From the NCBI RefSeq assembly GCF_011386835.1, contig NC_088809.1, forward strand, positions 1,178,001 through 1,242,000: DNA of 64,000 bases, written 5' to 3'. Shown here piece after piece: positions 33,280 to 45,770 of the stretch. The notes beneath the pieces are model-generated. The model had not been told where the DNA came from. It worked only from the letters and a program-made list of their open reading frames with translations, and made no database searches. A program made the translations under genes and the position numbers. Positions within the stretch are counted from its first letter, which is position 1. Every line of letters begins with the position of its first letter. The DNA is from Chrysemys picta bellii. Its lineage: Eukaryota.

Positions 33280-33285
33280 TTTATT
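33280..33285 (-). terminator. SLC46A1: Candidate SLC46A1 polyadenylation signal AATAAA
   Basis: First minus-strand AATAAA I found after the stop, about 270 nt downstream. Confidence 0.5.
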
Positions 33286-33550
33286 TTTAAACTCACTGGT
33301 GTTTTCCCAGACAGGCCGAGCCAGCAGGACCATGAGGAGCTAGCCCTGCTGGCAGGATCGTGTTTTTACTGGCTGATTAAAGCCACGATTTCCAGCTACT
33401 TGGAACTTTAAATAAGCAAGAACCTTAGAGATCTCTCACGCTCATTGGTCAAATCGTCCCAGCAGAATAAGCAGCAGCTTTCCGACCGGTTTGCTCAGCC
33501 ACACAAATAATTTTCTTTTGGTGAATCAGTGCTTAGCCTTGTGTGGGGGA

Positions 33551-33608
33551 TCAGGAAGCATCTGTAAAGTGACCGTATTCGGGTGTGGTGTCCGAGATTT
33601 CTATCCAC
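33551..33608 (-). CDS. SLC46A1: SLC46A1 exon 5
   Basis: Acceptor ttctctcttag|; [18 protein letters not shown]; 58 bp, phase 2. Confidence 0.9.
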
Positions 33609-36600
33609 CTAAGAGAGAATGGACAGCGTCAGAGCTCTGCCTGCACAAAGCAAGGGCTTTAAAATCTCAAGGGAACAGAGAGGAAATGGCCCTGCCAGAA
33701 AAACTCCCTAGGGCCAGCCATTAATGCACTTCTCCTGTAAACCCACCCTGGCCTCCCAGCACTGACAAGGTCAAAAGCAACCTCACTCTCTTGCTTTAAC
33801 TAGCGTGGCAATTGAAGGCAGACAAGCTGTTGAGGGTGCCCAAGCTCTTCCCTACAGCAGCTGCTGGAGGAAGGGGTGAAAGAGCAATATTGCGCCAAAG
33901 CTCCCAGCTCCCCGCCTCGCACCGCCGCCGGCGCTCTGTGGATTGGTGCCGACCTCTGGGGCAGCACAGGGCTCAGGAAGATATAAAGCAAGAAAAATAA
34001 ACGATCATGTTTGAATGGAATGACAGCTAGTGGCTAGAGCCAGCGCAGTGCAGGCAGGCGCCGCATGAGCATTGCATATGTAGCTGTGACAATGTGCCTT
34101 AATCCGGAGCTGGCACAGCCCCTGCCGTTCCACTCCCAGGGCCCACATTCAGCGCTTGAAATGCAACTCCGTTCTGAGCCGCTTCCGCCCCCCACCATCC
34201 ACACTCACATGGAGTGCAGGGTGTGTGTGTAGGTGGGGCTGCAATGTGGACACATAGTGAGTAGGAAGAATCCCACTGAAATCAATTTACTTGTGAGCCA
34301 AGAGAGAACTTGGCAGAGGTTTCCCCAGTTGAGATACTTGGACATCTGCCTCCTGTGGCACCAAACTTCTTCCAATTAGCAGCATTTAGACAAGCCTTGT
34401 AAAGGCCTCTCACAAGCCAGTGTCCTGCAAGGGACCCCACCAGCCACTACAGAGCCACATACAAAGGCTTTTAGACTGACTTATAAGACCAGGATCTGAG
34501 TTACCCAATAAGAGCAGCTGGAACGAGCAGAATGATTGCCCCAAAGAGAAAGGGGAATCCCTTCATGAAGTGCAGGCTTGCAGGGTAGAGAGAGTTGAAC
34601 ACTCCTGTGGCCACAAGTGAGCAGAGACCTTCCACGCAGGCAACAGAGGCAAAAAGAGCACCTGGAAGGACACCAAGGTCAGAGCTTAGCAATGAGGCTC
34701 CTCTTTTGGCCCCCTTAGACTGAACACACCTGACCATCTCGGTGCATTTCAATCTGGATCTTAGTAAAATATTTTCACTCAGATCAGGAGGTGGCCCTTT
34801 TTCTCTGCAGTGCAGGTGCCAAGGGCTGAGAGCAGAGACAGGCATGATGGGCCAAGTTCAGCCCGAGTGTGAGTAGGATAACTCCACTGCCCTCCACGAG
34901 TTGCACTCACCACAGTGCTGAATTTGGATGCTGCATCAGACGGACTGTAAATCCCATGAGGCAGAAACTAGCTAAATGTAAGTGCCCAGGACATTTTATC
35001 ATTCAATAAATATTAAACCCAGCAGAGATACTGCAGGTTTCAGTTTATAACCTTGGAATCCAATTTACACTAGCTTCATTCTAAGAGGGGCCCACGTTAG
35101 CCGCTTGGAGGAACCAGGACTTTCATTTAATCACTGGGCTGCAAGTGACTGCACTAAGCCCCTCCTCCCCTCTCCTGACTCTGCAGTGGCATTTCCAGCC
35201 AGGTCCATGTACAGGAGGCAAAGAGGCCCGGCTTTCCCCAGTGTTATGGAGAAGGGTAACCCTACATCCTGTGGTCACATCCTTTAGTAGTGCTGAGTTC
35301 TTCCAGTTGTTGCCAGCTCACACAGGCCAAAGCCATACCGGGGGTTACTAGTGTTTCCAGAGTTTATTTTTCAACCCAGTCTAACTCCTGTTCCTGTGAA
35401 AGGTTTTGAGACCAGGGGGAGGTCATCAGTGACCCAGCCCCAAACTTTAATGTGATGCTTTTCACTTTGACTACATCTTCCTCTGCACATTTTAGTCCCA
35501 AGTAGGTTCACTGTATTGCCTAGAAAAACTGCCCACAATGCCTGTCCTGCGCAGGGCCTGGGGATGTGTGCATGTGCCGGGGGGGGGAGGGGTCAGAAGA
35601 ATGCAGAGATTCCCTGACCTGGTCCTTTTGGTGCCTCCTGCCGGGAGAGGCTGAGGCACACTCCTTGGGTTGTTTGGTTTTTAATGTGTCGCGCAGACAT
35701 CACTAGGTTGAATGTTTCAGGGCCTGCTGTGGGTTATACTGGTTGATCACTTACCCTGATCTTTCTCATCCACCAGTTTGGACAGCTTTGCCCGGATCAC
35801 TGGAGTGGCTGCCATTGAAAGAAACAGGATGCCATAACCTGTGAGTGAGAAATAAGACACATGCAGGAGGTTTTCTTATCTGTGGAATAACATTGCTAGC
35901 TTAAAACAAAACCAACCCCACAAATAAAGCACCTGTAGCTGCCAGGGAGACTGCCATCCTCCTGCCCATTAGCCCATGCGCGCCCTTCAGCCCGCCTCCT
36001 TCTATGGCCCCTTTGAGGACAGCTTAAGATACCTGGTTTGTGTGGCTTCTGGTTGGTCTACAACTGTCTGTAGTGACTCCCTCTAGCTGCAGCACCACCA
36101 CCTGGTGGTGACAGTAAATACAAGGTGTGACAGGCTGGTGATCTCAGCAATTTTGGTATGTGGATACTTTGGGGACGTCTACTCTGCCTTTCTGTCTTTC
36201 CAAGAGGCTGCCATCCTCTCCTCACTCCTCTGGCAATTTTTAAGCTACCTGGATTTTGGGATTCAGCATCACCTGTGAACATCAGTGGTGTTGTAGAAGC
36301 AAGTGAAATCACAACCAGGCCCGAGATGTTGGAGAGCAATCCTAACTCCGCTACCCAGGTGTCTTCAAGGCACAGCTGCAGTGCCCGCAGCCCTGCCAGG
36401 CTGCTCAGGTACGTCAGGTAACTAGCCGCTGAGCCATAGCCAATCATATCAGAGCCCCAGCAGAGAGGGGAGCTGAGTTCGTATAGGACAAAGACGTCCC
36501 TGGCTCCAAAGTGGATGGTGACAATGAGAAAGAACGTCAGAGAGTAGAGAGCGAGCTTCTGCCTGGATCTCTGGTACCCTGGGGCTGCATACAGCTTGTA

Positions 36601-37656
36601 CACAGACATATAGTGACTGAGGGTGAACAGCTTGGCCGGTTTCCTCTCCTTCACCGATTCCTGGAGACAAAGAGCAGCATAGAGGGCAGTGGCAAGACTG
36701 ACAGCAAACACGAGCCAGAAGGGATTGATGTAGCCCTGAGCTTTGCGCCACTGCCCTCCGATGATGCTGGCCAGCATGCCTGCCACACCCAGGCACGCCT
36801 CCAGAATGGCGACGCGGAACGTACGGGAACGCTGGTCACTGATGTCAGCCACGTAGGCAAAGCAGCTGGCCAGGATGAGGTTGTAGTCCCCCATGAGGCC
36901 GCACAGGATGCGCCCAAGCAGGAAGTAGCCAACATGTAGCCTCAGGTACATGACAAGAAGATAGATGGCAGCCTGCAAGGCCATGCCCACGGCGGGCAGG
37001 ATAAGCGCTGGACGCCGACCTACGCTGTCACTCCATGGCCCAAAGAGAGTCACCGAGAAGAGACCCACAAAGAAGCCTGCCAGGTTGATGTAGAGGTTCC
37101 AATGGGAAGCCAGGGTCTCCACTTCCTGAGACAGAAGGACAGACACAGGTAGGTGAGGCCCCGGATGGCACAATATCTGTCCATCACGGTCTATGTTGGC
37201 ACCCATCGCCTTGGGGTCTGACCCTGGCCTGCAGACACCGCCTCTTGCAGGGAGGTGCGAAAATATGGCCCAGCTCCTCCCAGCTGTGCCTGGCGGGCAC
37301 AGGGGGTGGGGGGCAGCTACGTCAAACCAGCACCCCTAGTTCCAGCACCTCTGGGGCCCGCCCGCTCCCGGGCCCCCACCCCCCGGCCCGGCCCGGCCCG
37401 GCCCGGCCCGGCCCGCCCCGCCCACCTGCTGCCGAGGGTCCCCCGCGCCGCTCGCGTTGCCGCAGCCGGGCGAGCCGCTGGCCGCGGAGCCGTTGTAGCC
37501 GAGCTCGGCCCCGAGCCGCTCCCACAGGTACTGGGTGCAGAGCGGGGCCTGCAAGCCCAGCGCCACGGTGCCCAGGAAGAGAACCGGCTCCACCGTGGGG
37601 GCGGCCCGGGGGCAGCGCGGCCGCCCCCCGCCAGCGGGGCCCGGGCTGTCGGCCAT
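33551..37656 (-). CDS. SLC46A1: Proton-coupled folate transporter, complement(join(37426..37656,36273..37125,35755..35838,34505..34661,33551..33608)), 460 aa
   Basis: MFS transporter with [34 protein letters not shown] motifs; 1383 nt in frame. Confidence 0.97.
34505..34661 (-). CDS. SLC46A1: SLC46A1 exon 4
   Basis: [27 protein letters not shown]...PAALIG; 157 bp. Confidence 0.96.
35755..35838 (-). CDS. SLC46A1: SLC46A1 exon 3
   Basis: [28 protein letters not shown]; 84 bp; donor |gtaagt. Confidence 0.96.
36273..37125 (-). CDS. SLC46A1: SLC46A1 exon 2
   Basis: [15 protein letters not shown]...STTPLMFT; 853 bp. Confidence 0.97.
37383..37423. repeat. (GGCCC)n microsatellite at the start of SLC46A1 intron 1
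   Basis: ccggcccggcccggccc... abutting the exon 1 donor. Confidence 0.9.
37426..37656 (-). CDS. SLC46A1: SLC46A1 exon 1
   Basis: gctATGG Kozak; MADSPGP...[27 protein letters not shown]...DPRQQ; in-frame upstream ATG at 37824 also present. Confidence 0.9.
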
Positions 37657-38468
37657 AGCGGGGGCCGGCGGAGCGCGGCGCGCCGCCCGCAGAGGCAGGA
37701 GGCGGAGGAGAGGCAGGCCCCGCCCGGAGGGGACGGCAGAGGACCGGGGCCAGGGCGGCCAGACGCCTCCCCGCCAGGGCCCCCATGCCCGGCGGCCGGG
37801 GCCGCCTCCGCTGGCAGCATCCATGGGAGAGCGCGGGGCTGCCCTGCGGGCTGGGGACACAGATCCCCGGGCGATGCGCTTAGCCCTTCCCCGCAATGAA
37901 CCCCCGTGCCCAGGCTCTGCCCTTGCCCGTCTCCATTTAACCCCGGCCCCTCGGCTCTGCCCTTCCGCTCCGTGTCCACGGGATCTGGGAGCACAGCTTC
38001 CACTTGAGCTAATTCCCTTCGTCTCCTTCTCCCCTCCCCACCCTCCTGGGAGCGAGGGCAGTTCAATGAATGGGGGCCAGGGGTCATTTCCTCCAGTTTT
38101 TCCCCTTTACTGCTCTTCACCTGCTCAAACCTCCCTCAGCTTTGGAAAAGTTTCAAAGTAGCCAAAGTTGAAAAAAGGGACAGTGAAACTACCCCCCCCC
38201 CCCTAAACCTTAGACATTCATTCTGTTGAATTCGGGAGGGGGGGAATAGATGTCAGCATTTCTGGTTTTGACAAAGGAACACACAAGTTTTGCTGAAAAC
38301 AAAAGCTTTGCAAAAGTCTTGAGTTTCGAAAAAGGCTGTTTTTAAAATGGGGGGAGGGGGGAGTTGTAAAGAATAAATTGCACTCAGCTCCTATTATCTG
38401 ATATGGCAGCCAGCAGCGCGCTGTGTGAGCTCTTCCAGTCAAGGCACGATTCCAGTTCCATAGGGTTC

Positions 38469-38545
38469 AGAGTAACAGCCGTGTTAGTCTGTATCCGCAA
38501 AAAGAACAGGGGTACTTGTGGCACCTTAGAGACTAACAAATTTAG
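38469..38545 (+). mobile_element. Penelope-like element terminal-repeat fragment (older variant)
   Basis: gtgttagtctgtatccgcaaaaagaacaggggtacttgtggcaccttagagactaac. Confidence 0.75.
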
Positions 38546-39453
38546 TTCCATAGGGGTAGAGCCTGCAGAGCAGGGGTGAAAATTCAAAAGCACCTAAGAG
38601 AGAAACACCCAGGTCCAGACCCATAAAGGTATTCCAGTAGAAGTTAGGGCCTAAATATCTTTGGGGATCTGGGCCCCTCTGATTTTGGAATCTGAGGGGG
38701 AAGGGGAATGTTTAAGGCCATCAAATCAAGGAACTGTTCCTGGTAAGAACATGTGCAAGTGTTCTGAGGATCAGGGCCTAATTTACATGACATTACACAT
38801 GTTGGAATTGGCACTGTGTCTTTTTTGGGCAACAAATACTTAAACTTATGCCATGAAACTTCCTCTGTATTTTCTCCTTCCTATTAGTTCATAAGCTAGT
38901 TTTGAAGAACACAGGTTCAAAATAAAAAACCAAAGCCTGTTATAGATTTTCTTACAAATTGAGGGCCTAAACTAGTGATCAACACAAGAAATCCAAGTGA
39001 CTTCAGTGTGTTTCTGACCATTTGCGGGACTGGGCCCTGTCTGGTGATGAACTAATTAATCTTGAATGAGTTCATGAATCAACAAGAAGTGAATTTGCAT
39101 GTTTTAGTGATGAAAAAGTTAAGTTTTTACCTTGGCCAGGTTTATGATTAAATGATTAATCTTCAACAAGCTGGTGATGAAATGTTTTACAATGAATGTG
39201 TTTGTTACAGGCTAGCTATCAGGTTAATGACCATGACAATAAAAAAAATCTGTTTCAGCAATTTTACCACAACTGATATAACTGTGTTTGCTTATGAAGA
39301 CTTGCTGTACTTCATGTACTTCTTGGTGGCAAAAATAATTTATGTTGCAAAGCTAAGGAGATGGAACTTTAAGCATTCACATTTTTCTATTTCTTATAAA
39401 CAGAATCACTGAACTTACTGTTGTGTCACTACTTACTTATAACATAGCATTCA

Positions 39454-39638
39454 ACGACAAAGAGTCCTGTGGCACAGACGTACTGGAGCATAAGCTTTCA
39501 TGGGTGAATATGTCCGACAAAGTGGGTATTCACCCACGAAAGCTCATGCTCCAATACGTCTGTTAGTCTATAAGGTGCCACAGGACTCTTTGTCGCTTTT
39601 TACAGATCCAGACTAACACGGCTACCCCTCTGATACTT
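39454..39638. mobile_element. Penelope-like terminal-repeat fragments in head-to-head (inverted) arrangement
   Basis: Forward piece 39454-39510 and reverse piece 39521-39635 of the same repeat as 45771-45885. Confidence 0.85.
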
Positions 39639-40844
39639 GATAGCATTCAACCACATTCCCATTAGTGATTGATGAATACATTTAAGATAAACTGACAATT
39701 TATTAAAATGTTTTCCCCGTAAGGTTTTCTCTCTTCTCAAAGAACAGTTGTAAAATAAAGTTATAGTTAATAATTGAGCAAAAGTCTGGAAAGTCAGATT
39801 GTTGTTAAGGTTATTCAGGAATAATTTCAATTAAAATATAATATGTTGGGATTTCCTCTGAGACCTTTTCCATTTGGCGTGTCCCAAACACCTTGTCTAG
39901 TACTGGGAGAACACGTCATTCCAAAACATTCAGTTTGACTCTGGATTTTGTCACTCAGGTTCCTTATTTGGCATATAGCAAAGCTACGCTGAGTTGATCA
40001 GACTCAAGCACAGGGGGTGGGTATAGGGCATTCCACACATCCAAAGTTACAAAGATAACCTCTTCCTTTACATACATTTCTATGTTACATTGCATTTGCT
40101 GGACATGACACCACACATTTTTGGATTGAATTGGTTACTTTGCAGGAGCCAATCCCATACAGTGTGCTCTGTCCATATGCTGTTCGTGTGGAACCTGATC
40201 TTTATATTCCACGTTTATCTTGTCCATAGTCCCTAGCATCAAACCGTTGCTTCTTGTCTAGCTAGCACAGAAATCCTGGACTCCAGCACACTGTTTGTCA
40301 AGCCCTGTTTACAACTTAACCTTCCATTCACCTTCCCAGTTATGCCCACTAAGAAATGAAGCAAGTTAGGCCTACAAGCCAGGCCTACATAATATGTGAA
40401 ATTATTTTTAAAGGCTGAAAATAACTTAGCAACTTTAACTTGTAGCCATTTTTGGCTGAGTTACTTTCATTCATCTTCCCTCCAGCCTGGCTGTATCGGA
40501 AGATATTTAAACCCGTTTACCTCGAGAATGCTGTATTTCAGGAAAGTAAAAAATGCTGGGTCCTTGAAAGCTGAGGAAAGCTCAACTCAGAGCAATGTAC
40601 TGTCTGTGTGCAGACTCTTGCATAGTGCACATATAAGTTCGCTGGAATGGTTACCCCAAGGTAACCTCTCCTCATGAGTCTGCACAGCAATTCACAATGC
40701 AGGAGGAAGGCAAGCTGGTTTTTAGGCCCTCTGTCCCTCTCAGAAGAGCATTTTGCTGGGTCCTTTGCGATCATCTGACATTTCAGACTCTGGCCTTTAG
40801 ATTAACATTACTGTGACCTGTTTTGCTCTCTAGTTTATGTAACT

Positions 40845-40932
40845 GGGCCAGATCCTCAGCTGGTGTAAACTGTTGTTGCTCCACTCAAGTCAATGAATAT
40901 GTGCCAATTTACACCTGCTGAGAATCTGGCCC
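40845..40932. mobile_element. 88-bp palindromic MITE (PIF/Harbinger-like)
   Basis: gggccagatcctcagctggtgtaaa ... tttacacctgctgagaatctggccc; 3-bp ACT duplication. Confidence 0.8.
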
Positions 40933-41775
40933 ACTGTATTCCTTCCCACCCCCCATGGGGTCTCATTGGTGCTGCTGAATGCTAATCCCCTCAACTACAG
41001 GTCAAAACACCCAGGCCCTAGACTAGAGCTAGGGCAAGCCCCTTTTGTCCTTCACTTCGGGTGGATGACATTATTGCTGGAGATGTTCATCCTCCAAAAG
41101 AGCCTGATATTTACAATTCTTGTCCATGTTTGCTACAGTATTTTTATAGTTTCAGCAACTAGAATGGAGAGGAATGCAAGGCCAGGCAGAGTCTATCCTG
41201 AGCCCCCAGCTGAGATACAGAAATAGTAGGTTATCCTTCTTTTGAGGGAGAATAATGTTTGTGTGTCTACCCCGCTGTTGCTTTCCCCAGGAAGCATATG
41301 CAGCTTTTACCCACTAACCACAAGCTCTGGATGGAGAGAGCTGCAGGACCCCTAATTCCACTACTGCCAAATGGCACCACTAACTCACCTCTCAGCAGGC
41401 AGACACCCATGTACGGCACCTCGTCTCAGCCAGAAGAATTGTGGGAGCTTCGGTGGAAATGAGGAATGGAAATGGAGCTTCCAGGGATGTGTGGCTATGG
41501 AGGAAGAAGAAGAATTTGTAAGCTGAGGTCTTTTTGCACTGTCATTTCTGTCCCAGAGACAGGCCTGTAGCTGAGGGCTGACTTCCCACTAGCCACAAAG
41601 AGCTGGCAATAAAACTCCCTTTTGGAGTCTGATTGCAAATTTAGGAAATAAAAGCATAAAGTACTATAATGAAGAAAAATTACTTTGCCATTGACTAGTC
41701 TCTTGGTTTATAATACATTAAAAAAACAATAAAGTGCCCCTCTTCCCCACCACCAATGCACTCAGATACTGTACA

Positions 41776-42105
41776 CAGGGGTTCGCAACCTTTTTCTTTC
41801 TGAGGCCCCCCAAACATGCTATAAAAACTCCACAGCCCACCTGTGCCACAATAACTGGTTTTCTGCATATAAAAGCCAGGGCCGGCATTAAGGGGTAGCA
41901 AGCAGGGCTGGTGCCCAGGGCCCCATGGCACAGGGGACACCGTGAAGCTAAGTTGTTCAGGGCCCCAGGTTTCAGCCCCATGCAGTGGGACTTCAGCTGT
42001 CTGCCCTGGGCCCCAGCGAGTTTAACACTGGTCCTGCTTGGTGGATCCCCTGCAACCTGCTTGTGGCCCCCCAGGAGGCTCAGGACCCCTGGTTGAGAAC
42101 CACTG
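41776..42105. mobile_element. hAT (Charlie-like) MITE with a probable nested element
   Basis: Ends CAGGGGTTCGCAAC / GTTGAGAACCACTG; ctgtaca duplicated at both flanks; internal cagggccggcattaa...ttaacactggtcctg. Confidence 0.8.
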
Positions 42106-42979
42106 CTGTACAATACTTCAGGGTAAGAAGATGCTGAAGTGTACGGATGATAGTTCAGTCTAAAGCCCTTCCTAGGAAGATGGAGATGTTAAAACTCGGG
42201 ACTATTGATTATTTAACACAATGGGGTGTTCCTCTTGCACACACTGAGTCTGAATCAAGGGAGCAATCTGACTCGCTTTTCTGCAGCTCAAAGCGTCCAT
42301 CAGCCCATTGTAACTGCCCTAGGGGGATTCTTTGTTGAGGGATCCTTTGGTGATGGTGAGCCACTATGACAGTTCTTATGCCACCCTCTGCGCCTGGCCA
42401 TTGGCTGATCCAGGAGTCCCTTGGAGCCACGGGCAGAGGGCCGGTTGGTCTAAATTAAGGCCGGGATGAGGTCAGCTGCAGTTTAAAGCTGCCTCTATCT
42501 GCATACCCACTCTTGGTCCTACACTGAGCACGGCTTGGCCTGAGCAAAGACTCTGGCCCTGTATTTTCCTAAATGCAGATTCGGTTGCAGTTCCATGATC
42601 AGAACATTCTTATTCACTTTAATTGCTATCAACTGTTACGTAAAGGGAGGTATGAGCTTTTTTAAAAAATCCTGTTTCCATTATGAACTGTTTGTGTGGT
42701 AACAATGTCCCTCTGTATTTATCGCTGCTTGCCCCTTATTTATGGCTGTTGCTATACATGGACTTACACTGAATTGAAATTCATTTCTTCTTGTCCTTAG
42801 AACTTCCTCTCCACTGCACTTGTGCTTTCTGCATCTTCCATCCTGCTTATGAAATCAGGCTGTTTTTATAATGTAAGTGAAGTAGGCCTCGTCTATATTA
42901 CATCAACAGCCACCATATTTCTTTGGGCAATTGAAGTTTTGAAAAAAAATGACAAATGACTGATTACAGGGTCTGGAAA

Positions 42980-43444
42980 CAGGGGTGAAAGTAACTTACA
43001 GGACTTACTAGTACGGCCAGAGTCCTGAGTGGGGGCATTGCCTCACCCGGAAGAGGCGTGGCCTCAACCAGAAGAGGCGGGCCCTCTCAGGATTTAAAGG
43101 CCCTGGGGCACCGGCTGTGGCTGGGAGCCCCAAGGCCTTTAAATCACTCCAGGGCTCCCAGCTGCAGAGGTGGCTGGGAACCCCTGGGGCTCAGGGGCAA
43201 ATTAAAGGGCCCGGGGCTCTGGCCGCCGCGGAGCTCTGGGCCCTTTAAATCCCGGCCCCAGCCCGGCAGTCACTACCCAGGGCGGGGGGGAGCGGGGAGG
43301 GATTTAAAGGGCTCAGGGCTCCCAGCAGCGGCCAGAGCACTGGGCCCTTGAAATCCCCGCTGCGGAAGCCGGTGCAGTCCGGCACGGCGTACTGGCTCTT
43401 GCCGGTATGCCGTACTGGACCGTAGTGGCTTACTTTCACCCCTG
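42980..43444. mobile_element. hAT MITE
   Basis: TIRs CAGGGGTGAAAGTAA / TTACTTTCACCCCTG; perfect 8-bp TSD TCTGGAAA. Confidence 0.93.
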
Positions 43445-43874
43445 TCTGGAAAGTAATCTCATAACAGTAGTAGGTCACTGATTCTTTCAGAGCATTCACA
43501 CATTGGGCTTGTAAATTGCACAATAAGATTGTAACTGTGCTGGGTAATGTAGTTATTTAACATCTGCCATCTGAGGATCTTAGAGCTTTATACAGATATT
43601 ATTAATTAATTCAGCCTCCTGCCTCATATTCCTCATATTCCCAGGATGCTGCATTGCCTCCAAGAGCTTAGAACAAAACTGAGGTATCCTGACTACCAGT
43701 GCCCTGATTCAACCATGAGACTGTCCTGCCGTGACATGATCATTTTCTCTCCAGTGACTGGGTGAAAAAAAAAAGGCAAGATTAAAAACCCACCTTCCCT
43801 TTTGGGCTTCTGAAAAACTATGCGATTAGTTCACAAGAGTGACATTTTTAAGAAGTAACGCTAGAACTCAAAGA

Positions 43875-45501
43875 AACTGAAAGAACTCAAATGTGAAATT
43901 GCGGAACTAACAACTATGGTTTGTAACCTGTCCTTTAAATTGGCGTCTGTACCCAATGACGGGAAGATAACTGGAAGAACGCCAATATTTAAAAAGGGCT
44001 CTAGAGGTGATCCCGGCAATTACAAACTGGTAAGTCCAACGTCAGTACCGGGCAAATTAGTTGAAACAATAGTAAAGAATAAAATTGTCAGCCACATAGA
44101 AGAACATAACTTGGGCAAAAGTCAACATGGTTTCTGTAAAGGGAAATCATGTCTTACTAATCTATTAGAGTTCTTTGAAGGGGTCAACAGACATGTGGGC
44201 AAGGGGGATCCAGTGGACATAGTGTACTTAGATTTCCAGAAAGTCTTTGACAAGGTCCCTCACCAAAGGCTCTTACGTAAATTAAGTTGTCATGGGACAA
44301 GAGGGAAGATCCTTTCATGGATTGAGAACTGGTTAAAAGACAGGGAACAAAGGGTAGGAATAAATGGTAAATTCTCAGAATGGAGAGGGGTAACTAGTGG
44401 TGTTCCCCAAGGGTCAGTCCTAGGACCAGTCCTATTCAACTTATTCATAAATGATCTGGAGAAAGGGGAAAACAGTGAGGTGGCAAAATTTGCAGACAAT
44501 ACTAAACTGCTCAAGATAGTTAAGACCAAAGCAGACTGTGAAGAACTTCAAAAAGATCTCACAAAACTAAATGATTGGGCAACAAAATGGCAAATGAAAT
44601 TTAATGTGGAAAAATGTAAAGTAATGCACATTGGAAAAAATAACCCCAACTATACATACAATATGATGGGGGTTAATTTAGCTACAATGAATCAGGAAAG
44701 AGATCTTGGAGTCATCATGGATAGTTCTCTGAAGACGTCCACAAAGTGTTTGGTGGCAGTCATAAAAGCAAACAGGATGTTAGGAATCATTAAAAAGGGA
44801 TAGAAAATAAGATGGGGAATATCTTATTGCCCTTATATAAACCCATGATATGCCACATCTTGAATACTGCGTACAGATGTGGTCTCCTCATCTCAAAAAA
44901 GATATACTGGCATTAGAAAAAGTTCAGAAAAGGGCAACTAAAATGATTAGGGGTTTGGAATGGGTCCCATATGAGGAGAGATTAAAGAGGCTAGGACTTT
45001 TCAGCTTGGAAAAGAGGAGACTAAGGGGGGATATGATAGAGGTATATAAAATCATGAGTGGTGTGGAGAAAGTGAATAAGGAAAAGTTATTTACTTGTTC
45101 CCATAATATAAGAACTAGGGGCCACCAAATGAAATTAATGGGCAGCAGGTTTAAAATAAATAAAAGGAAGTTCTTCTTCACACAGTGCATGTCAACCTGT
45201 GGAACTCCTTGCCTGAGGAGGTTGTGAAGGCTAGGACTATAACAGGGTTTAAAAGAGAACTGGATAAATTCATGGAGGTTAAGTCCATTAATGGCTATTA
45301 GCCAGGATGGGTAAGGAATGGTGTCCCTAGCCTCTGTTTGTCAGAGGGTGGAGATGGATGGCAGGAGAGAGATCACTTGATCATTACCTGTTAGGTTCAC
45401 TCCCTCTGGGGCACCTGGCATTGGCCACTGTCAGTAGACAGGATACTAGGCTGGATGGACCTTTGGTCTGACCCAATGTGGCCGTTCTTATGTTCTTATG
45501 T
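43875..45501 (+). mobile_element. CR1 LINE, 5'-truncated, young, with reverse-transcriptase ORF remnant
   Basis: KSCLTNLLEFF, YLDFQKVFDKVPH, GVPQGSVLGP, FADN (catalytic D to N), frameshift near 44800, (TTCTTATG)2 tail. Confidence 0.96.
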
Positions 45502-45770
45502 AATCGGTGAGTTTAATGGGCCTGCTAATTTCTGTGGAAAACTCCCAAAACTCATAATTCCTCCAGACACAAAATACTTTCCAATAAAACAAATGTTGGC
45601 AATATTACTATAGAAACACAACATTAATATCAAGGCAGATGTGCATAGGATACTATTTGGAGAAAATCACTAGATTAAAGAATGATAGGTTGCTTGATTA
45701 AGCACCAAAGTGAAGATTAATTCTGTTCACATGCATTATGATATAGTCTTTAATTACATTGTCAGACACT

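Larger units (their letters stand above)
37300..37900. promoter_or_regulatory. CpG island over SLC46A1 promoter and exon 1
   Basis: Very dense CG dinucleotides and GC boxes (e.g. ccccgccc near 37720). Confidence 0.85.

Noticed and set aside
37657-37896. N-terminal extension of SLC46A1 from upstream ATG/TTG
   Set aside because: Lies in a CpG island where open frames are expected; ATG at 37656 has the better context and matches known protein length. Not fully excluded.
1-38120. Many 100-340 aa ORFs in the six-frame track on both strands
   Set aside because: Explained by GC-rich low stop density, antisense shadows of real exons, or repeats; no independent splice or homology support.
43916-44803. 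295-aa reverse transcriptase ORF as an active gene
   Set aside because: 5'-truncated CR1, catalytic motif FADN, frameshift near 44800.
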